From: an uncultured bacterium
Lineage (GTDB): Bacteria > Zixibacteria > MSB-5A5 > CAIYYT01
DNA: 64,000 bases
Reading direction: 5' to 3'
Assembly: GCA_963726455.1 (NCBI GenBank)
Contig: CAVSCK010000004.1
Location: forward strand, 544,001-608,000
A model generated the notes under the pieces. The model did not search any database and was not told the DNA's origin. It saw nothing but the letters and a program-made list of their open reading frames with translations. The position numbers were made by a program, and so were the translations under genes. Shown here piece by piece: positions 59,174-64,000 of this stretch. Numbering within the stretch: the first letter of the stretch is position 1; every line of letters starts with the position of its first letter.

Positions 59174-59974
59174 CTACTTGCTCGTCTTGGCCGAGGTGTC
59201 AGCCGGAGTGCTGGGCGCCGGCTTCTTGGCGGGCGCGGCCTGAATCTGCGGCATAATCACTTGCTTGGCGAGGACGGTCGGAATCGTGTAACGACTTCCG
59301 GTCGAATCATTCACCTGGAAGGTGAAAGACTTCTTGAATTCCTGGTCCGTAACCGACGGCTGAATCTTAACCTTGATCTCTTTATCCTTGCCCGCCTTGA
59401 TTTCCGCATCGGGAAGGTCGATCTTGAGGTAGCCATAGGGCTGGCTGACAAGATTCAAGCGCACAGAGTTCTTGGAGACGTTCTTAACGACGACTTTCAT
59501 CTCTTTGTCGCGATTTTTCTCGTCCCACTTGATCGTTGCTGCAGACAAGGTCAGCGGCGACAGTGAATCGGGGCTGTCATAAGTCTTGGCTTTCAGCGAA
59601 AGCTGGAAATTGCCGCGATCATTGTCGTTGCACGTCACGGTCGCACTCTTGGTGACCGGTCCGGCATGTCCTCCCTTAGTGGAGGTAAAAATCAGTTCAA
59701 CTTCAGCGCTGTCACCGACAGCGACCACTTCTTTCTTAAGTGGAGCTTTGGTGCAGCCTCAGCCAGGCTGGACTTTCAGAATCTTGAGAGAGTCCGTGCC
59801 CTTGCTGAGGAAGAAGAACGAATGACTGACTGTTTCGCCACCGGGGATGTACCCGAAATCGAAACTAGTCTGGTCGATATAGAGTTTGGCGCCCTGACCC
59901 TTGGTCTCCTGTGCCAACGCGACGGCTGCGACCATAAGCAGAACGGACAAACCTATAAGAGCTAGTTTCCTCAA
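59174..59974 (-). CDS. DUF1573-like protein with in-frame UGA at the first Cys of CGC (candidate selenoprotein)
   Basis: KVQPG-TGA-GCTKAP versus paralog KVQPGCGCTKAP; both flanks in frame; TTGACA-N17-TAAATT promoter upstream. Confidence 0.8.
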
Positions 59975-60098
59975 CTTGTCCTCCATAGGTTCATAGGTAT
60001 TTTCATGTGTCTAATTTACTCATTTCCATGTCGACTGTCAACTTCTAACCTCATTATACCCGCGTACAATGAGTGTACGTCGAGTATTTGCGTAATTC

Positions 60099-60836
60099 TT
60101 AGCTCTTCTTTTCGCTCGCCTTGAGCGCGGGTTGCGACTCCGCCACGTGAATCGGGAATGTATAGCGGGACTTCGCGGCGTCCGACATCTCAATGGTGAA
60201 TGACTTATTGTAATACTTCTCCTTCAGGCCGGTTTTCAGGTGGATGACCACATCGGCTTTGGCGCCGGGTGCGATTGGTTCCTGTGGCAGGTCAATCGAA
60301 ACCAGGTCTTCCGGAGATACAACCAGTCTTGCCGTGAGCGGCTCTTTCGAGACATTCTTCAGAACCACGGAAACGGATTTCCCTTTATCCGTCGACGACA
60401 ATCGCACTCTTCTGTTTTTCAATACTGCGATCGGGCCGGTCGACTCATCGGTGGTATAGATGTAGGTGCGGAATGATACTTCGTACTGGCTGGCGGCCGG
60501 GTCGTTGCAGTAAATCGTTGCCGTGCGCGTCTGCTTCTTTTCACGTTTGTTGTTGTCGAAGATGATCTCAAGAGGCAGACTATCATTAACGGCAATCACG
60601 CCCTCGCTGATTGGCGCCTTCGTACATCCGCAAGTTAGCTTCACGCGAAAGATTCGCAGGGAATCGGTACCGATGTTATTTACCCAATAGGTGTGCGAAA
60701 CGATGCTGGAATCCGGCATGAAGCCCATCTCGAACGACGGTTCGACCACTAGTAAGCGCGGGCCTCGCTGCTGGCCAAACACTACGCCGCTTAAAATCAA
60801 GGAAACGATCAAACCGAACTTTGTAACCAGCCGCAT
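60099..60836 (-). CDS. DUF1573-like protein (LTCGCT)
   Basis: Signal peptide; N.G.DSLRI..V..TCGCTKAP; KSFT...RYT.P shared with paralogs. Confidence 0.85.
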   Translation of the reverse strand: MRLVTKFGLIVSLILSGVVFGQQRGPRLLVVEPSFEMGFMPDSSIVSHTYWVNNIGTDSLRIFRVKLTCGCTKAPISEGVIAVNDSLPLEIIFDNNKREKKQTRTATIYCNDPAASQYEVSFRTYIYTTDESTGPIAVLKNRRVRLSSTDKGKSVSVVLKNVSKEPLTARLVVSPEDLVSIDLPQEPIAPGAKADVVIHLKTGLKEKYYNKSFTIEMSDAAKSRYTFPIHVAESQPALKASEKKS

Positions 60837-60882
60837 AATTCTTCTTCTGTTAAGATAACCGATAATTCCTACCTGGATCGAC

Positions 60883-61623
60883 TCACTCCACCAAACTGAT
60901 TGGCACTGTAAAACGCGTCATTTTGTTATCTGTGACGGCAAAAGTCAAGTACTCTTGAAACTTTGACACGGGGCAGGCCGGATTAAACTTGATCCTGATC
61001 TTGTCGCTGCCGCCCTTCGGGATCGGCTTGCCCGGCAGTTCAACGCTGCAGAATGATCTGTTAGGCATTGTGACCAGGCGCGCTTGTATGGCTACGCCGG
61101 CGAGATTGCGAATCTCAATTTCGGCTTCGGTGGCGCCTTTCTTCTTGAATACAACGCTGTCCGGTACGACCCGAACCGCCGCTGCAATATCACCCGGCCG
61201 ATAGCTGAATCCGCGCAGTTGAATGGTGACTTTGCCGATGTTGGTATCATTGAGGAGTAGTGAGGGGGTCTTGATGAACTGGCCGCTACTGGTCGCAGCC
61301 AGATTCAGAGTGATGTTTACCGTGAGTGTCTCTCCGGGCGCCGCCACGCGATCGGGAACCGGGATTTTGGTGCAACCACAGCCGGCCGCAGTTCTGATCA
61401 CGCGCAAGGTGGAGTCGGAATGGTTCACAATTTGGACCTGATGCTTAAGTAGCGTGCCAAAGGGTACATAACCGTAGTCAAAATCTGCACCAATGATCTG
61501 CACCGGTGAACTAGCGGCACTGGCGGATGCGAATAATGCCAGCAGCGCAAGAATCGACAATGCGGAGCTACAAACGGCGCGACTCCACTTTCGGTAACTT
61601 ACGAATGATCTTAAACTTAGCAT
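60883..61623 (-). CDS. DUF1573-like protein (AGCGCT)
   Basis: FDYGYV..N.S...L.V...AGCGCTKIP; start uncertain. Confidence 0.8.
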   Translation of the reverse strand: MLSLRSFVSYRKWSRAVCSSALSILALLALFASASAASSPVQIIGADFDYGYVPFGTLLKHQVQIVNHSDSTLRVIRTAAGCGCTKIPVPDRVAAPGETLTVNITLNLAATSSGQFIKTPSLLLNDTNIGKVTIQLRGFSYRPGDIAAAVRVVPDSVVFKKKGATEAEIEIRNLAGVAIQARLVTMPNRSFCSVELPGKPIPKGGSDKIRIKFNPACPVSKFQEYLTFAVTDNKMTRFTVPISLVE

Positions 61624-61728
61624 TATCGAACGCAACTGACGAGCATACCTCTGCTTCGCATTTTTCCTTTTATACAAGGATCGGCAGAAGCGGTCCAAAC
61701 ATTTTTGGCCAAAACTCGATAAAAATGA

Positions 61729-61758
61729 TTGACACCCTGCACATCAGTGCAGTATCAT
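61729..61758 (+). promoter_or_regulatory. lexA promoter with embedded palindromic operator candidate
   Basis: TTGACA-cc-CTGCAC-atca-GTGCAG-TATCAT. Confidence 0.7.
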
Positions 61759-61796
61759 GGTTGAAGGGCAGGGAATCAGTTTGACAGGAGGTTGGA

Positions 61797-62411
61797 ATGG
61801 TTCCTTACGAAGACCTTACAGACCGACAGCGGGCGATTTACGCCTACATCGAGGAGCGGATCAACCGGGACGGCCAGCCGCCTACGATTCGCGAAATCGG
61901 CCAGAAGTTCGGGATTTCGTCGACCAACGGCGTGCGCTCGTTTCTCAATGCGCTGATCAAGAAAGGCTACATCTCAAAGTCCTCGGCCGTGGCGCGCGGA
62001 ATTCGGCTGGTCAAGGAAAACGCCGAGGCCATGATGATACCGCTGGTTGGCCAGGTGGCAGCCGGCATGCCGCTGACGGCGGAGGAGAATATCTCCGAAC
62101 GGATCGTTGTCGATCGCTCGTTTGCGCCGTCGGGGGATTTGTTCACGCTCAGGGTCAAGGGCGACAGCATGAAGAACGCCGGTATTTTCAACGGCGACTT
62201 TGTGCTGGTTCGCAAGCAGCCGTCGGCGAGTGCGGGCGATATTGTTGTGGCGGTGATCGGGGATGAGGCGACGGTCAAGCGCTACTTTCCCGAACGCAAA
62301 CATGTGCGGCTGCAACCGGAGAACGAGGCGTTCGGACCGATCATTATCGAACGCAGCGCGCCGGGATTCTATCTCGCGGGCAAAGTTGTCGGCTTGATGC
62401 GCCGGATGTGA
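61797..62411 (+). CDS. lexA: SOS repressor LexA
   Basis: LTDRQ, PPTIREI, VAAG cleavage site, GDSM (Ser), ATVK (Lys). Confidence 0.98.
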   Translation: MVPYEDLTDRQRAIYAYIEERINRDGQPPTIREIGQKFGISSTNGVRSFLNALIKKGYISKSSAVARGIRLVKENAEAMMIPLVGQVAAGMPLTAEENISERIVVDRSFAPSGDLFTLRVKGDSMKNAGIFNGDFVLVRKQPSASAGDIVVAVIGDEATVKRYFPERKHVRLQPENEAFGPIIIERSAPGFYLAGKVVGLMRRM

Positions 62412-62450
62412 GAAATGGCGTTAGGTGGTTCACGCTTGATTGCCTGGTTT

Positions 62451-62519
62451 GTCATTCCCGCGCAAGCGGGAATCCAGATATTGACTGACCGTGTCATTCC
62501 CGCGCAGGCGGGAATCCAG
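62451..62519. repeat. two tandem copies of the GTCATTCCC-N8-GGGAATCCAG palindrome
   Basis: 62451-62477 and 62493-62519; same family as the GIY-YIG flanks. Confidence 0.9.
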
Positions 62520-62536
62520 TATTAGAATGACGTACT

Positions 62537-62785
62537 ATGTACCAAGACCTTGACGACGACATCGAAGTGATCGCGCTGTTCGAGCGCAACAAGCTGAAGC
62601 CATGCCGTTTTCGCTGGCGCGGCAAGGTCTACAAAGTCACGCGCATCACCGGCGACTGGGCCAGTGATGTCGGTCAGTCCAAGCTTCGTTATTATGCCGT
62701 TGTCGATTCCTCATCCAATTTCTTCCAACTCTGCTATGACGAACGCCTGATCAGTTGGAAGGTCGCCAAGGTGTGGGTGGAGTAA
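62537..62785 (+). CDS. small DUF6504-like protein downstream of lexA
   Basis: P.RF.WRG..Y.V..I...W...YY.V......F.L.YD....W pattern. Confidence 0.65.
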   Translation: MYQDLDDDIEVIALFERNKLKPCRFRWRGKVYKVTRITGDWASDVGQSKLRYYAVVDSSSNFFQLCYDERLISWKVAKVWVE

Positions 62786-62881
62786 GTTGAATTCCCGCCA
62801 AAGAAGTCTTGACATCAAATTAGATTAAACGATCTTGTATGTGATACGTTCTTGATTGTGCGGATGGGAGGCATCCTCTGA

Positions 62882-64000
62882 GTACTCAAGACGAACATCT
62901 TACGGACCCTGACGATTCTGGGAGTGTGCGCGTTTGCGACGTTGCACGGTGCGACGCGGTATGTTTCGCATTCAGGGAGTAACGAAGCGCCGTATACGTC
63001 GTGGGAAACGGCAGCCAATACGATAGAAGCCGCTAATCTCTCGATGCTGTCCGGTGACACAATGTATGTCGATACGGGGAGTTTCCAACTTACGCAGACT
63101 ATAGTCCTGCCCTCCAAGATCACTCTGCGCGGCAAGGGGATGGATTCGACAACGATTCTCGGCGACACGACGTTTTATGACATGTTCAAACCGGGAGATT
63201 CTACTTATGTCGAGGACATTTATTTTCGGGGCAACAAGTGTTTCCGGGGACTCAGCAAATACGCTTACGAAGGGCTTTGGAATTGGTGGGTGAACAGGTG
63301 CAGGTTCTCCCAATTCTCTTCGGAATCAATCTTATGCGACGAAACGGGGTATCTGCAAATCACACTTTGCCGCTTTGAAGATTGGGGTGGTTGGGGGGGG
63401 GCTTTTTCCGTCAGAGATGCCGGTGATTGCCGCATCACAAATTGCACCTTCTATGACCCTTCCGGAAGACTTCCGCTCGGCGATTTCACCTTCAATACGA
63501 ACAGTCAAATCGTGTTCGACAGCAATGTCGTTGTTGGTTGTGGCGGACCAGCCATCGCTGGCGTCGTTGGAGGCGGTGGATTCATCATGAAGTACAATTT
63601 GTTCTACGGTAAATCGGGCCTATTCGGCGTCGTGGGAGGAAGAGGCGACCTTGACATACAATTCAACAGCTTCTATGTGGACGTCCCCTCACAGTTTATA
63701 CCCGATGTCACCGTGATTTTTGTTCACGGATACGGATTACGCCATTGCTTTATCTATAACAATATAGTTGCCGGCGCGAATGTGAGGGTCGTACTTCCCG
63801 ACGAGATTCCTGACACTGCGGACGTTCGGGTGGCCTACAACGACTTCTACTCGACCGTGCAGACCGACAGATGGCTCGTTGGGTTAGTCTCTGGATCTGG
63901 CCCGCTCGACTCGGTTAATAGCAACGTCTTCGCCGATCCGATGTATGTCGATCCCGACAATGGTGATCTCCGTTTGCAGAAAGGTTCGCCCTGCATTGAT
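62882..64000 (+). CDS. secreted right-handed beta-helix protein (3' truncated by window; start codon unclear)
   Basis: Signal-like KTNILRTLTILGVCAFATLHG, ATRYVSHSGSN..PY.SWETAA, ITNCTF, DPMYVD..NGDLRLQKGSPCID. Confidence 0.75.

Noticed and set aside
62864-62881. Second selenocysteine UGA (ATG GGA GGC ATC CTC TGA) at the start of the beta-helix gene
   Set aside because: It lies before the signal peptide with no Cys-aligned context. GGAGG is more likely the RBS for a start near 62882 (GTA, possibly a miscalled GTG).

Overview
64-kb bacterial chromosomal window of moderately high GC. The secreted proteins (dockerin-like 'GDAN.DG.IDISD.VYLI.YIF.GG.AP' repeats, FlgD/T9SS-like C-terminal domains, a PorV-like barrel) suggest an FCB-group organism such as candidate Zixibacteria; this is inference. 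Contents in order: (1) 1-12 kb accessory region with a VIT1/CCC1 iron exporter, a methyltransferase, a hexaheme cytochrome resembling Geobacter OmcS, two near-identical GIY-YIG genes each bracketed by palindromic inverted repeats, and several REP-like repeat families; (2) 15-25.5 kb operon: large secreted protein, PorV-TPR, a membrane RsbW-kinase/HAMP/PP2C fusion with an IS481-like HTH tail, an orphan ParA, and a STAS protein with a related HTH tail; (3) diguanylate cyclase plus Wza/Wzz/tyrosine-kinase/deacetylase EPS cluster; (4) HEAT protein, peptidase-propeller-Omp85 and BamB-like genes; (5) hsp20-dnaK with a sigma54-like promoter and a nucleotidyltransferase TA-like pair; (6) rplM-rpsI-rpsB-tsf-pyrH-frr-uppS-cdsA; (7) four DUF1573-like CGC-motif paralogs around an ECF sigma/anti-sigma pair, one with an in-frame UGA at the Cys position (candidate selenoprotein); (8) lexA with a palindromic operator candidate. 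Several frameshifts and one stop at 46-51 kb, including one in rpsI, look like sequencing errors. All family assignments come from motif recognition by eye; no searches were run.
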